DNA of 64,000 bases from Sedimentisphaerales bacterium (GCA_963663965.2 CAXXFK010000026.1:1-64000), one strand, 5' to 3'; shown: positions 51,797 to 62,010, counted from the first letter of the stretch. The notes: generated by a model not told the origin, from the sequence alone. Translations and numbers: made by a program.

Positions 51797-54211
51797 ATGA
51801 AAAAGAAGCATTTTTGTGGATTACTGGTCGCTTTATTCGCTTTCACGTATCCAGTATCCGCCATGCAGGATTATCCTATTCAGCCGGTGTCTTTTACTGA
51901 CGTGACAATCATAGGGGAGTTCTGGGCAGATCGAATTGAAACGAATCGAAGTGTCACAATTCCAACTTCGTTTCAGAAGTGTGAAGAATCCGGCCGAATG
52001 GATAATTTTGAACGGGCCGCAAGAGTACTAAAAGGTGATGAGTCACTAACGGATCGTCAGGTGCGTGGCTTATCCTTTGACGATACGGATCCTTATAAAG
52101 TTCTGGAAGGAGCATCCTTTGGTCTGAGTGTCAAGTCGGAACCTGAGATGGATAAATACCTTGACGATTTGATTGCATTGATTGCATCCGCTCAGGAAGC
52201 GGATGGTTATCTGTATACAGCCCGAACGATCAATCCTGAGCAGCCACATGAATGGGCTGGTTCAAAACGTTGGCAAAATGTAAAAAGACTCAGTCATGAA
52301 CTTTATAATATGGGGCATCTTTATGAGGCGGCTGCGGCTCATTATTTAGCAACCGGAAAAAAAACGTTGTTAAATATTGCTATTAAAAATGCAAATTTGT
52401 TATGTAATACATTTGGCCCAGGAAAGAATCTCGATGCACCGGGACATCAGATCATTGAAATGGGATTGGTCAAACTTTACCGCGTTACTGGTGAAAAGAA
52501 GTATCTGGATCTGGCTAAGTTTTTCCTAGATACCCGGGGACCCGGTGATGGCGAATATAGTCAGGCCCATAAAAAGGTTGTCGATCAGGATGAAGCGGTT
52601 GGCCATGCCGTTCGAGCAACCTATATGTATAGCGGGATGGCCGATGTGGCGGCTATTACGGGGAATACCAGCTATTTAAACGCAATTGATAAAATCTGGG
52701 AAAATATCGTTAATAAAAAAATGTATGTCACTGGTGGTATAGGGGCTACCGGCAGCGGTGAGGCATTTGGCAGAAATTATGAATTACCAAATATGACTGC
52801 CTATTGTGAGACCTGTGCGGCGATCGGGCATGTTTATTTGAATCAACGACTTTTCCTGCTCCATGGTCAGGCTAAATATATCGATGTTATGGAAAGAATT
52901 CTTTATAACGGTCTTATTAGCGGGGTGTCTCTGGATGGCCAGACTTTTTTCTATCCCAATCCACTGGAATCTATTGGTCAGCACAGCCGATCGCCATGGT
53001 TTGGTTGCGCCTGTTGTCCGGGGAATATTGCCCGCTTTATCGCTTCGGTTCCTGGATATATGTATGCGATTCGAGAAGATAATTTATATTTGAATTTGTT
53101 TGCTGCCGGTAATGCAACGGTTACTGTTAATGGTAATAAAGTTGAGATTGTTCAGGAGACAGATTATCCCTGGAAAGGTAATATCAAACTGACCATAAAA
53201 CCTGAGACCGGCACGGTACCATTCAATTTCCATGTGAGAATACCTGGTTGGGCGCGTAATGAATGTGTCCCGGGAGATTTGTATTCTTTTTTACATGAAT
53301 GTAGTGAGTGTCCTGAGGTTAAATTGAATGGCAGAATAGTGCCTGACAACTTGATTGATGGTTATATATCGATAACCCGGTCATGGAAGAACGGAGATAC
53401 CGTGGAACTAGAACTTCCCATGCCGGTTCGCCGAGTAGTGGCCAATCGTAAAGTTGAAGCCGATCAGGGAATGGTTGCAGTTCAGCGTGGTCCGATAATG
53501 TATTGCGCGGAATGGCCGGACAATCCTGACGGGCATGTTCGCAACTTGATTCTATCAGATGAACAAGAACTGGTTGCACAATGGCGGGAGGATTTTATCG
53601 CTCATCGCAATATGATGTTGATTAGCGGAGAAGCAGACGCCGCTAATAAAGACGAAGCAGGAGAAGTCGTCAAGACAAAACAACAGCTGTTGCTGATTCC
53701 ATATTATGCCTGGGCTCATCGAGGCCGGGGAGAGATGGCAGTATGGCTGGCTTATCGTGATGAGGCCGTTCGGCCTTTGCCTGGCCCAACGATTGCATCT
53801 AAAAGCAAGTTATCCGCATCGGCAGGGAAAGGATCTCTTAAGGTGATCGTTGATCAGGCCGACCCCAAAAATTCCAGCGATCAGTCGATGGGGATATATC
53901 ATTGGTGGCCTGACAATAACTGTACAAAGTGGATTATGATGGAGTTTGAAAAACCGGCGACAGTATCAGGGACTGAGGTGTACTGGTTTGATGATCGCCC
54001 TCATGGAGGATGTCGGGTTCCTGTTAGTTGGCGTTTGCTTTATCGAGATGGTGATACCTGGCGACAAGTCAAGGATGGCAATGGGTATGGGGTTGAAAGA
54101 AATATATATAATCAAACAGCATTTGAGGCCGTAGCAACAGATGCCTTGAAAATTGAATTGCAACTCTCGGAAAGATTCTCAGGTGGAATTCTGGAGTGGC
54201 GAGTTGATTAA
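51797..54211 (+). CDS. GH127 beta-L-arabinofuranosidase-family protein with C-terminal carbohydrate-binding-like domain
   Basis: Signal peptide; F.D.D.YK.LE, HELY..GH, GH.IIE, GHAVRA.Y.Y, YCETCA, CACCPGN, LIPYYAW..RG. Confidence 0.92.
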   Translation: MKKKHFCGLLVALFAFTYPVSAMQDYPIQPVSFTDVTIIGEFWADRIETNRSVTIPTSFQKCEESGRMDNFERAARVLKGDESLTDRQVRGLSFDDTDPYKVLEGASFGLSVKSEPEMDKYLDDLIALIASAQEADGYLYTARTINPEQPHEWAGSKRWQNVKRLSHELYNMGHLYEAAAAHYLATGKKTLLNIAIKNANLLCNTFGPGKNLDAPGHQIIEMGLVKLYRVTGEKKYLDLAKFFLDTRGPGDGEYSQAHKKVVDQDEAVGHAVRATYMYSGMADVAAITGNTSYLNAIDKIWENIVNKKMYVTGGIGATGSGEAFGRNYELPNMTAYCETCAAIGHVYLNQRLFLLHGQAKYIDVMERILYNGLISGVSLDGQTFFYPNPLESIGQHSRSPWFGCACCPGNIARFIASVPGYMYAIREDNLYLNLFAAGNATVTVNGNKVEIVQETDYPWKGNIKLTIKPETGTVPFNFHVRIPGWARNECVPGDLYSFLHECSECPEVKLNGRIVPDNLIDGYISITRSWKNGDTVELELPMPVRRVVANRKVEADQGMVAVQRGPIMYCAEWPDNPDGHVRNLILSDEQELVAQWREDFIAHRNMMLISGEADAANKDEAGEVVKTKQQLLLIPYYAWAHRGRGEMAVWLAYRDEAVRPLPGPTIASKSKLSASAGKGSLKVIVDQADPKNSSDQSMGIYHWWPDNNCTKWIMMEFEKPATVSGTEVYWFDDRPHGGCRVPVSWRLLYRDGDTWRQVKDGNGYGVERNIYNQTAFEAVATDALKIELQLSERFSGGILEWRVD

Positions 54212-54247
54212 CGGATAATTGATATGATTCTCGACTGGAGTTAGTTA

Positions 54248-54275
54248 TTGACTTTTTGTTGCTCTGAGCTATAGT
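54248..54275 (+). promoter_or_regulatory. Putative sigma70 promoter of mini-rpmH
   Basis: TTGACT-N16-TATAGT, 80 nt upstream of ATG 54356. Confidence 0.55.
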
Positions 54276-54355
54276 GTGCGCCATGTGTTCTGTGTGATTT
54301 AGAAATGTATCTGAAATACAGACCTGAATGAAAATTGACAGTTGAGGTATAAGCT

Positions 54356-54442
54356 ATGGAAAACAAGCGAATCAGCCACAGGAAGAGATCCCGTAAAATG
54401 GGATTCCTCGCTCGTGCCAGGCGCAAAAAGAAAAGACGCTAG
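54356..54442 (+). CDS. rpmH: Short (28 aa) 50S ribosomal protein bL34-like
   Basis: MENKRISHRKRSRKMGFLARARRKKKRR*; S..KR.R..GF.AR core of L34; GAGGT RBS at 54344-54348; below ORF-track size cutoff. Confidence 0.7.
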   Translation: MENKRISHRKRSRKMGFLARARRKKKRR

Positions 54443-54910
54443 ACCAGCAAGATATTTATAAATTCAATAGTCAATCATCCAAATTTAGTATATATTTTCG
54501 TTCCATATATTTGTCCGCAACTTATTCTCAGCATCAAAAAGTTGGTCGGATGGGTATTTGAGATAAGTTAGTTCTGGTATTTATTTGTATTTTACCGGAC
54601 CCAGCAACTGTTAGTCTGATTGACATACAAGCGCAGTGTGATTAGTGTTGAATATTTATAACTATTTTTACCGTAATAGTTTATGACTTATTTTGCTTGC
54701 ATGAAGTCTGTTGGTTTTATGCTCGATTTTTATGATTCATATTTTTTTTCATTTCAAACTGGAAATTGTTTTGTTTTGCAATTATAAATTTCAATTGAGC
54801 GTCTTACAGTTTGCTATTAAGATATTATTCGTGGATTGTAGAAAGAGTAGAGACGTAGTTTTGTATGACCAGATAAAATGACGGGATCCTATAACTGAAA
54901 GGAGATCGCC

Positions 54911-56284
54911 ATGGTAGATATGGATTCAACCATTAAATCAAATCCTAATGACGCCAGAAAAGCCCCTTTACATCGCGTAATCGCAGAAAATCTCAGCCAT
55001 AAAATCAATAATGGCGATTTGAAAACCGGGGAAAAATTGCCATCCGAACGGCAAATCGCGCAGCAATACAATGCCTCACGTGCCACGGTCAGAACGGCTT
55101 TGCAGCATCTGGAACAGGAAGGCATAATTACCCGAAGAGACCGGCGTAGTGCTATCGTGACTCTTCGGCGTGATGTTAAGCCCAATTTACGCATAGCGGT
55201 CACCAGTCACTCCCTTATGCGGGCAATGCGGGTATTAAATGAAAAACAGCTATTGCCAGCCAGAACGCAATTGCAGGCGATTAATATCGCGTGTCCCAAT
55301 GCGGTCAGTAATCTGGTGACTCAGCCTGCCAGTGGAGCAGATATTCTTATTTGCGATATCGATTTTATCAATTGCTGGCGGTCCAATGACGGTTTGTTCA
55401 ATTCATTAAAGCTGACGGTTACTGGTGATGCTGAAATAGAAGAACAGCTTTTGAGTGTTTGTATGGATCAAGGCCGGCTTATGGCCGTTCCGCTGGGGGT
55501 TTCCCCGATGATTCTATATTATAATCGAGCCATTTTACAAGAGATTCAGGCATTTATTCCACAAGGAGACTGGCATTGGGATCAATTAATTGATTATGGT
55601 TCCAGGATTTCTAAAAGTGGCCGATTTGGGTTGCAAATGAAGCCAGGATTTGCGCAGTTAACATCATTGTTCACTGGTTTTGGAGGGCAATTGTATCAAT
55701 CCAACGGAAAACTTGCCGTTGATTCCCAACCTACCTTTGATAACGCAGTCCGGTTCCTGTGTGAACACATCGGCGGCAGTGGAATTATCGCCCCGATTAC
55801 TTCTGAATTGCCGATAGATTTATTTGCTGATGGCCGTTGTGGCATGGCGATTGACGGGTATGATAAATATACTTGTTATCGGGACAAATTAGGCGACAAT
55901 CTTGGAATTGCCAGTTTGCCGGGAGCCAGGTCTGATGGCCGCGTATCTCGAGCGATCGTAATGATGATATTAAAGCCTATGGAGGATCTGCAACCCGTCG
56001 AAGATATGTTACGAACTTTCTTAAGCAATAATGTTCAGTCTGTTATTGCAAGTGAAGGCTTAGCCGCACCAGTACGCAAGGATCTATTGACAAAAGATTT
56101 TATGGTAAATGCTGGAGTATCCTCTGAGATGGCTGAATTGCTCGTGAAAGAACTGGGCAGTATGAAACCGGTAGCACTGCCAAGTGATGACCGGTTGACG
56201 GTCGCAACGCATCAACTATTTACAGAGTTATGGTTAGGAGTGGATTGCGAAGAGAATCTTATCAAGCGTTTACATGGCTTATAA
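54911..56284 (+). CDS. GntR-family regulator fused to a sugar-binding (SBP type 1-like) domain
   Basis: I.NG.L.TGEKLPSER.IA..Y.ASR.TVR.AL..L..EG wHTH; LMAVP.....ILYYN..IL...P...W.WDQL SBP motif; no signal peptide. Confidence 0.85.
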   Translation: MVDMDSTIKSNPNDARKAPLHRVIAENLSHKINNGDLKTGEKLPSERQIAQQYNASRATVRTALQHLEQEGIITRRDRRSAIVTLRRDVKPNLRIAVTSHSLMRAMRVLNEKQLLPARTQLQAINIACPNAVSNLVTQPASGADILICDIDFINCWRSNDGLFNSLKLTVTGDAEIEEQLLSVCMDQGRLMAVPLGVSPMILYYNRAILQEIQAFIPQGDWHWDQLIDYGSRISKSGRFGLQMKPGFAQLTSLFTGFGGQLYQSNGKLAVDSQPTFDNAVRFLCEHIGGSGIIAPITSELPIDLFADGRCGMAIDGYDKYTCYRDKLGDNLGIASLPGARSDGRVSRAIVMMILKPMEDLQPVEDMLRTFLSNNVQSVIASEGLAAPVRKDLLTKDFMVNAGVSSEMAELLVKELGSMKPVALPSDDRLTVATHQLFTELWLGVDCEENLIKRLHGL

Positions 56285-56306
56285 TTTAAGAAGACATAAA
56301 ACTATC

Positions 56307-56333
56307 AAGGCCCGGGTATTACCGGGCTTTTTT
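56307..56333 (+). terminator. Intrinsic terminator
   Basis: AAGGCCCGG-GTATTA-CCGGGCTTTTTT. Confidence 0.82.
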
Positions 56334-56413
56334 ATTTAGGCGGTTTGATGACTTGATTTGTTGAACTGACTACTTTTATATAAATTTAATCAAAACGACC
56401 GATAAGAAAACGG

Positions 56414-56441
56414 TTGACATCTGACTCTAAGTACTTATAAT
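56414..56441 (+). promoter_or_regulatory. Consensus sigma70 promoter upstream of cyclophilin gene
   Basis: TTGACA-N16-TATAAT. Confidence 0.6.
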
Positions 56442-56453
56442 TCATATCATTAG

Positions 56454-58652
56454 ATGACTTGTCGACCATATGCTGAGGACTCAATCATGCTTGAACGACT
56501 AAACGATCCGATGATCGAATCAGATATGAATCCAATACGGATATATAGGAATCAATCCCTATCGCAAGAAAATACTTACTTGAAAAAAATAGCAGGGAGT
56601 TGGTGTTGGGTCTATATATTAAGTGTCATCTTATTGTTTAGGGCATCTTCGCTGGCTGATACGACCGTTGTCATCATTCATACGACATTGGGAGATGTTA
56701 CCGTTGAGTTATACGATGATAAAGCGCCAGTAACTGTCGCCAATTTTCTCAGTTATGTGAATGATGATTTTTATGATGGTGTGATTTTTCATCGTGTAAT
56801 TGATGACTTTATGGCTCAAACCGGTGCCTATACCGAGGCACTTTATGATGCCGATTTCACGGCATCAGATTTTAATATCAAAGATACTGATTTTTATCGT
56901 GAACCCGAGGATGCGATTGATTTAGAGATTACGGCAGGTTTATTAAATCTGCGCGGAACGATAGCCATGGCCCGGACATCTGAACTCAATTCAGCTACTT
57001 CACAATTTTTCATCAATGTGGTTAATAATTCACATCTGGATCCAGGCACCTCCTCACCTTATGCCGTCTTTGGTAAAGTGACCCAGGGAATGGATGTTGT
57101 TGACGCAATTGTGCAGGACATAGTGGATAATGGTAATTTTGCAGATGCAGAAGACTATTTTGAAGATTTGCCACTTAATCCAATCGTTATTAATGATATT
57201 GAGATTATAAGATCGTTTGATGAAGACAGTGCGGACTTTAGCGATGTGCCATATTTTAACGCAAAAGATGGTTCAAACAGATTATTTCGGGGGCAGGGAA
57301 CTCTTACCGGTTCTGTTCTGAGGCATAATTTTTCAATGATTGAGCGTCTGGACCCACCGGTTAAATGTTTGAAATGGTCTCAGGCTGTGGCATCGGATCT
57401 TGACATGGATGCGTCGACTCTGGTATTGGCAAAAGATACTGATGATGGATTATGGCTGGTTCAGCATATTATCAATGAAGGAACTGATTCAGAAGAAATT
57501 TTAGTGGATGCTAATTCTGTTGTGGACCTGACCCCCATGGGAGATTTGGCGGATCAAAGCATTTATTATCGGATGATGCTCGAATTGACGGTTTCTGATG
57601 ACCTGGAAGATCCTAACAACATTATTACAATCGGCGAGGGCGAAAATCTCTATATCGAACAGATTGCGGATTTCGATGCGGCATTATTACCTGAATATTC
57701 CGGCAATTTAGTCGAAGTTCGTAAGACCTATGGCCCCGTCGATACTCCCACTAATATTGACTGGAGTTTCTACGATGAGGAAAATGGGCTGGTATTAGAA
57801 TTGTTTGATGACAACGAAGACACTGTCAATGGTGATGGATGGTTGCTAAGTCAGCCCTCCGTACTTCCTAATGCCCTAATATCTGTCAAAGTGGACACTC
57901 GTGAACCCAATAGTATATATCACGATGATTTTCTGGTGACAGGTTTACTGGCGGCTGAGGCCGAAAATTTCGATGATGGCTATATTTATATTCGTGTTGG
58001 TATCTGGGAAACAACCATTAATACGTCAGATCCTGAATTAAATGCTTATAGCAATGGATATATCTATCAGGGTGAATTAGAGGATGGTTCAATGGCCAAA
58101 CTGAAGTTTGATTTGAAGCATGACAAATTCGTGTTTTATGTGAAGAGCACAGATTTATCGGGATTGGCTGAGCCGATTCAAGTTGAAATTGTCGCGGGAT
58201 CTTATAGTACCTCCGGGCAAGCAACCATCAAGGGTGGGAAAAAAATTCCAGTGCGATTAATGTCGGGAGTTGCGGATACGGTTTATCATGGCAGTTATCG
58301 TCGAATTATTGATGATGGTCCACATCACGATTCGATCACCCTGGTGGGTCAAATTGCGGCAGAAGATGGGTGGATCGATCTGACCGAAACAGAATTCGCT
58401 GCCATCTGGGATAGTAAAACCTATACCATTAGCAGTGGGAAATTTCAACGTGTCGGGAGACGCGATCGGTATTATTACAAAAACAGTTCGGCGTCCTTCA
58501 AATATGCCGTGGTTGACTGGAACAAGGGGGAATACAAAATTATCCTGGCAAGAACCAGTATTGCCGCACCGACTGAAGATCTTCAGATAAAAATCACAAA
58601 TAGCGCTGATACTGTATTATTCGATCAGACCATAGAAGTAAAAGCCAATTAG
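56454..58652 (+). CDS. Secreted cyclophilin-type PPIase with long acidic C-terminal extension (true start may be downstream)
   Basis: TTLGDV.VEL...AP.TVANFL.YV...FYDG.IFHRVI..FM.Q.G, RGTIAMART...SATSQFFIN, YAVFGKV..GMDVVD.I; hydrophobic signal ending SLA-D. Confidence 0.85.
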   Translation: MTCRPYAEDSIMLERLNDPMIESDMNPIRIYRNQSLSQENTYLKKIAGSWCWVYILSVILLFRASSLADTTVVIIHTTLGDVTVELYDDKAPVTVANFLSYVNDDFYDGVIFHRVIDDFMAQTGAYTEALYDADFTASDFNIKDTDFYREPEDAIDLEITAGLLNLRGTIAMARTSELNSATSQFFINVVNNSHLDPGTSSPYAVFGKVTQGMDVVDAIVQDIVDNGNFADAEDYFEDLPLNPIVINDIEIIRSFDEDSADFSDVPYFNAKDGSNRLFRGQGTLTGSVLRHNFSMIERLDPPVKCLKWSQAVASDLDMDASTLVLAKDTDDGLWLVQHIINEGTDSEEILVDANSVVDLTPMGDLADQSIYYRMMLELTVSDDLEDPNNIITIGEGENLYIEQIADFDAALLPEYSGNLVEVRKTYGPVDTPTNIDWSFYDEENGLVLELFDDNEDTVNGDGWLLSQPSVLPNALISVKVDTREPNSIYHDDFLVTGLLAAEAENFDDGYIYIRVGIWETTINTSDPELNAYSNGYIYQGELEDGSMAKLKFDLKHDKFVFYVKSTDLSGLAEPIQVEIVAGSYSTSGQATIKGGKKIPVRLMSGVADTVYHGSYRRIIDDGPHHDSITLVGQIAAEDGWIDLTETEFAAIWDSKTYTISSGKFQRVGRRDRYYYKNSSASFKYAVVDWNKGEYKIILARTSIAAPTEDLQIKITNSADTVLFDQTIEVKAN

Positions 58653-58656
58653 TTAA

Positions 58657-58680
58657 GTTCTGTGAGATATCTCACAGAAC
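58657..58680. promoter_or_regulatory. Perfect 24-bp palindrome containing CRP-consensus TGTGA-N6-TCACA
   Basis: GTTCTGTGAGAT|ATCTCACAGAAC between cyclophilin stop and tolC start. Confidence 0.55.
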
Positions 58681-58687
58681 AGATCCT

Positions 58688-60382
58688 GTGAAAGTGGCAA
58701 TTATGCAAATGTTATCGAGATATAAACTTACTCAATCCAAAACATTCATATATCTGTTTTCAGGCATTGTCTGGTGGTTATGGATGTTTGGAATCGTCTC
58801 CGCTCAGGAAGATTTGTTTCATAAGGTTCCAGATTTAGAATCGGTGATCAACGACGAACATTTGTTGCTGGAAGACCGTGAACGTAAACCGATTGATCTG
58901 ACGCTGGAAGATTGTATTGCCGCAACTTTACAGCATAATTACAGTGTGAAGGCGGGCGGCTTCGATCCGGCCATCCGGCTATCAGATATCGTTCAGGCTG
59001 AGGCCGTTTTCGATGCGGTTTTGTATGGATCGGTTCAGTTAAATCATAATGAAAGTTATAATATTGATACCACGTATTATACGCGAACAAAAGATAACAA
59101 TGGCGATGTGACGGTAGAGAAAATTCCAACAGATCTATTTAATAGTAATAGTGACGATAATTATACGTTGGGATTGCGTAAACTCATACCGTCTGGCGGG
59201 GTTGTTCAGTTAGCACAAAGTTTGCGGCGTTATCAAGACCATATTGAAGAAGGATTGTATCAGAACCCTTTTTATGAATCGGCCATCCAAGTGCAATATC
59301 GGCAACCATTGCTTCGCGATTTTGGCGTGGATGTCAATCGGGCGGGAATCCTGGCTGCGCGAAACAGATATAAAACTTCACTGCAGCAATTCCAGCTTTT
59401 AGTCATCAACTCTATGACTGAGGCAGAGTCGACCTACTGGAATTTGTTTTCAGCGCGTCAGCAAGTCAAAATTCAGCAGGAATTGCTCAATCGGGCGGAA
59501 CGGACTCTGCTGATGGTTCAGGCCAGGGTGAATTATGATGGCCGAAGTATCTCTCTGGCGCGAACCCAGGCAGTTATTGCCAAGGCGAAAGCCGATCTGT
59601 TGACAGCTCAAAACAGTGTTTTGCAAATGCAAGACCGCCTTTTGAGACTGATGAACGATCCGGAAATGGATCTGAATAGCAACATCGAATTGATTTTATT
59701 CGATAAGCCTTGCCGGGAACATTATTACGTCGATAGGGAAAAGGCTATCGAAACCGCCTTAAAAATACGCCCGGAAGTTGTAGCCCAGCAATTGACCGTT
59801 GATACTGCCGGTCTGGCATTGGGTGTGGCGCGCAATCAGAAATTGCCTCGATTGGATCTGGTGTTTCAACATGAAGTGTCCGGCGCGGAAGGGACTTCAA
59901 GCTCTTCGGTTGAAGAAATGTGGGAAGGTAAAGCGCAAAGTTATGCCGTTGGTTTGAGTTTTGAAACGCCATTCGGTAATCGGGCATCAACGGCGGCTTT
60001 TGAACGAGCCCGCAAACAGTATCAACAGGAAATGGTGAGACTAAAAAGCGTCGAGCAGGATGTGCAAACTGAGCTCAGTATTTCGTTGCATAATTTGGAA
60101 AAGGCTTGGGAAGAAACACAGGCTCGCCTGGAAGCCGTTGAGTATGATCGCAATGAAGTATTGAATTTTCTGGCATTGCTGGACACAGAAAGGCAAGATA
60201 CGGTAACCCCGGAATTTTTAAATATCAAGCTGAATGCTGACCAGCGACTGGCCTATAGTCAAGCCGCTGCCCTGCAAGCGATGGTGCAGTATGATCTGGC
60301 CATTATGAATCTACAAAAAGCCCAAGGCGCATTGTTACGCTATAATAATGTTAAACTGGCTGAACAGGCAGATTCAGAATGA
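58688..60382 (+). CDS. TolC-family outer-membrane efflux protein
   Basis: LTLEDCI..TL.HN, QPLLR.FG, YWNL, AL..RPE, LP.LDL, two helical OEP repeats. Confidence 0.85.
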   Translation: MKVAIMQMLSRYKLTQSKTFIYLFSGIVWWLWMFGIVSAQEDLFHKVPDLESVINDEHLLLEDRERKPIDLTLEDCIAATLQHNYSVKAGGFDPAIRLSDIVQAEAVFDAVLYGSVQLNHNESYNIDTTYYTRTKDNNGDVTVEKIPTDLFNSNSDDNYTLGLRKLIPSGGVVQLAQSLRRYQDHIEEGLYQNPFYESAIQVQYRQPLLRDFGVDVNRAGILAARNRYKTSLQQFQLLVINSMTEAESTYWNLFSARQQVKIQQELLNRAERTLLMVQARVNYDGRSISLARTQAVIAKAKADLLTAQNSVLQMQDRLLRLMNDPEMDLNSNIELILFDKPCREHYYVDREKAIETALKIRPEVVAQQLTVDTAGLALGVARNQKLPRLDLVFQHEVSGAEGTSSSSVEEMWEGKAQSYAVGLSFETPFGNRASTAAFERARKQYQQEMVRLKSVEQDVQTELSISLHNLEKAWEETQARLEAVEYDRNEVLNFLALLDTERQDTVTPEFLNIKLNADQRLAYSQAAALQAMVQYDLAIMNLQKAQGALLRYNNVKLAEQADSE

Positions 60383-60450
60383 CCCTTACATATGTTGCCA
60401 GTATTAAGGATTGAGCAACTCAAGTTGCCGGAATATTAAATGGGGTTTAA

Positions 60451-61437
60451 TCACCGACTGGCGATAGTTTGCCCTTGTTTCATTGTATGAAGCGCCAAGC
60501 CGGCGGCCCCAACAAAGCCGGCATCCCCTCCAAGTGAGGCATACTCAATAGCCATGGGTTCCGGCTTTAGATTCCAGACCAGCTCCTTAAAATAAGATCG
60601 GATCATATCGAGTAGATAATTGCCGGCTTCAATCATTCCACCTGCAAAAACCACCAGTTGAGGCTCAGTTGTGTGTAACATATTCACGCAAATCAAGGCC
60701 AGATATTGAGCTGTTTCTTCAGTAATTCTTTTTGCTGTTGGATCCCCATTAATGGCATGATCGAAAACGTCTTTACAGGTCAGTTTGCCATTAGTATCCC
60801 AGATTGTCTTTAATGTAGACGTTGGATTATTCCGGATCGCTTCTTCAGCTCGTAATGCCGTCTGGTTAGCCGAGGCATAAGCTTCGATGCATCCTTTTTG
60901 ACCGCAATTACAAAGGCGTCCATTATGGATGATGATAATATGACCCAGTTCAGCGCCGTTGTCATCACTTCCACGGATAAGCTCTCCATTATATATAATG
61001 CCGCCCCCAATACCCGTACCCAGAGTAAACATGACCATGTCAGTGACATTTCGACCGGTTCCCATCCAGAATTCGCCCCAACATGCAGCATTGGCATCGT
61101 TGTGTAGTACGGCTGGTTTTTTCAGGGCTTTAGAAAGTTTAGCCCTCATTTTAAAGTTGTCATAACCCGGAAGATTGGCGCATTTGTAAAGCTGCCCTTG
61201 GTCGACGGATAATGGGCCTGGGCTGCCAATTCCGGCACAAAGTACTCTATCGATGGAGTACTTATATTTCTGAAGCAAATCAAAACTGTGATGAGCTATT
61301 CTTTCTATCAGATCCTGAGGGCCCTGTTCTACCTGTGTTGGAAATGAGCGGCTTGCGATAATATTACCATCAACATCAACCAGGCCCAATTTTACATTAG
61401 TGCCACCAAGATCAATTCCAATGAGTAGTTCTTTCAT
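60451..61437 (-). CDS. glk: ROK-family sugar kinase (glucokinase)
   Basis: GIDLGGT, GSPG, NDANAA, TLGTGIGGG, ELGH, CNCGQKGCIEAYAS. Confidence 0.88.
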   Translation of the reverse strand: MKELLIGIDLGGTNVKLGLVDVDGNIIASRSFPTQVEQGPQDLIERIAHHSFDLLQKYKYSIDRVLCAGIGSPGPLSVDQGQLYKCANLPGYDNFKMRAKLSKALKKPAVLHNDANAACWGEFWMGTGRNVTDMVMFTLGTGIGGGIIYNGELIRGSDDNGAELGHIIIIHNGRLCNCGQKGCIEAYASANQTALRAEEAIRNNPTSTLKTIWDTNGKLTCKDVFDHAINGDPTAKRITEETAQYLALICVNMLHTTEPQLVVFAGGMIEAGNYLLDMIRSYFKELVWNLKPEPMAIEYASLGGDAGFVGAAGLALHTMKQGQTIASR

Positions 61438-62000
61438 ATTGGATTTTCCTTTTGTTTATAGCGTTTGAGGATTCCCTCGATTAATTTTTTCTCAAGTATG
61501 GAGTCGCTTGAGTTGATGGATTCCCAAATAAATGAATCAATATTTGAATGATAATAGATTTGACGGGATGCCATAAACGGGCTTGAATTCGACTGGACGC
61601 GTTCCTGAGGTAAGGATGAAAGGCATAATTTTTCAACTGAAACTTTGCAAACAACCGGCTGTGACGGCGAATTGGTTAACGAGCATTGGACCGAACGACG
61701 AATGGTATGCAGACTTGATTCAATAATGGAGGCCGGATCGATTATGTCATTCCGCCAGAATTCAAACCATTGTTTGCCAGTCAGTGGAAGGGTAGACACC
61801 AAACCCATTCGATAATCGATGGTATTAATGGTGAAACCATGCGATTTTAACTCAGCCTGGCATGCTTCGATAAGCAGATCCCGATCCAGAGATGTGTCAA
61901 TATCGTCCGGAATTGATGACTGACATCCTACTAAAGCCAATGTCAGGCCTAAAAATAAAACAGCAATGCAATATTTCCAATTTGTTAGGATGTTATTCAT
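61434..62000 (-). CDS. Hypothetical lipoprotein
   Basis: Lipobox LVGC; D.R.G...T.P....QWFE.WR.D motif; overlaps ROK start. Confidence 0.65.
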   Translation of the reverse strand: MNNILTNWKYCIAVLFLGLTLALVGCQSSIPDDIDTSLDRDLLIEACQAELKSHGFTINTIDYRMGLVSTLPLTGKQWFEFWRNDIIDPASIIESSLHTIRRSVQCSLTNSPSQPVVCKVSVEKLCLSSLPQERVQSNSSPFMASRQIYYHSNIDSFIWESINSSDSILEKKLIEGILKRYKQKENPI

Positions 62001-62010
62001 ATTGGATGAC

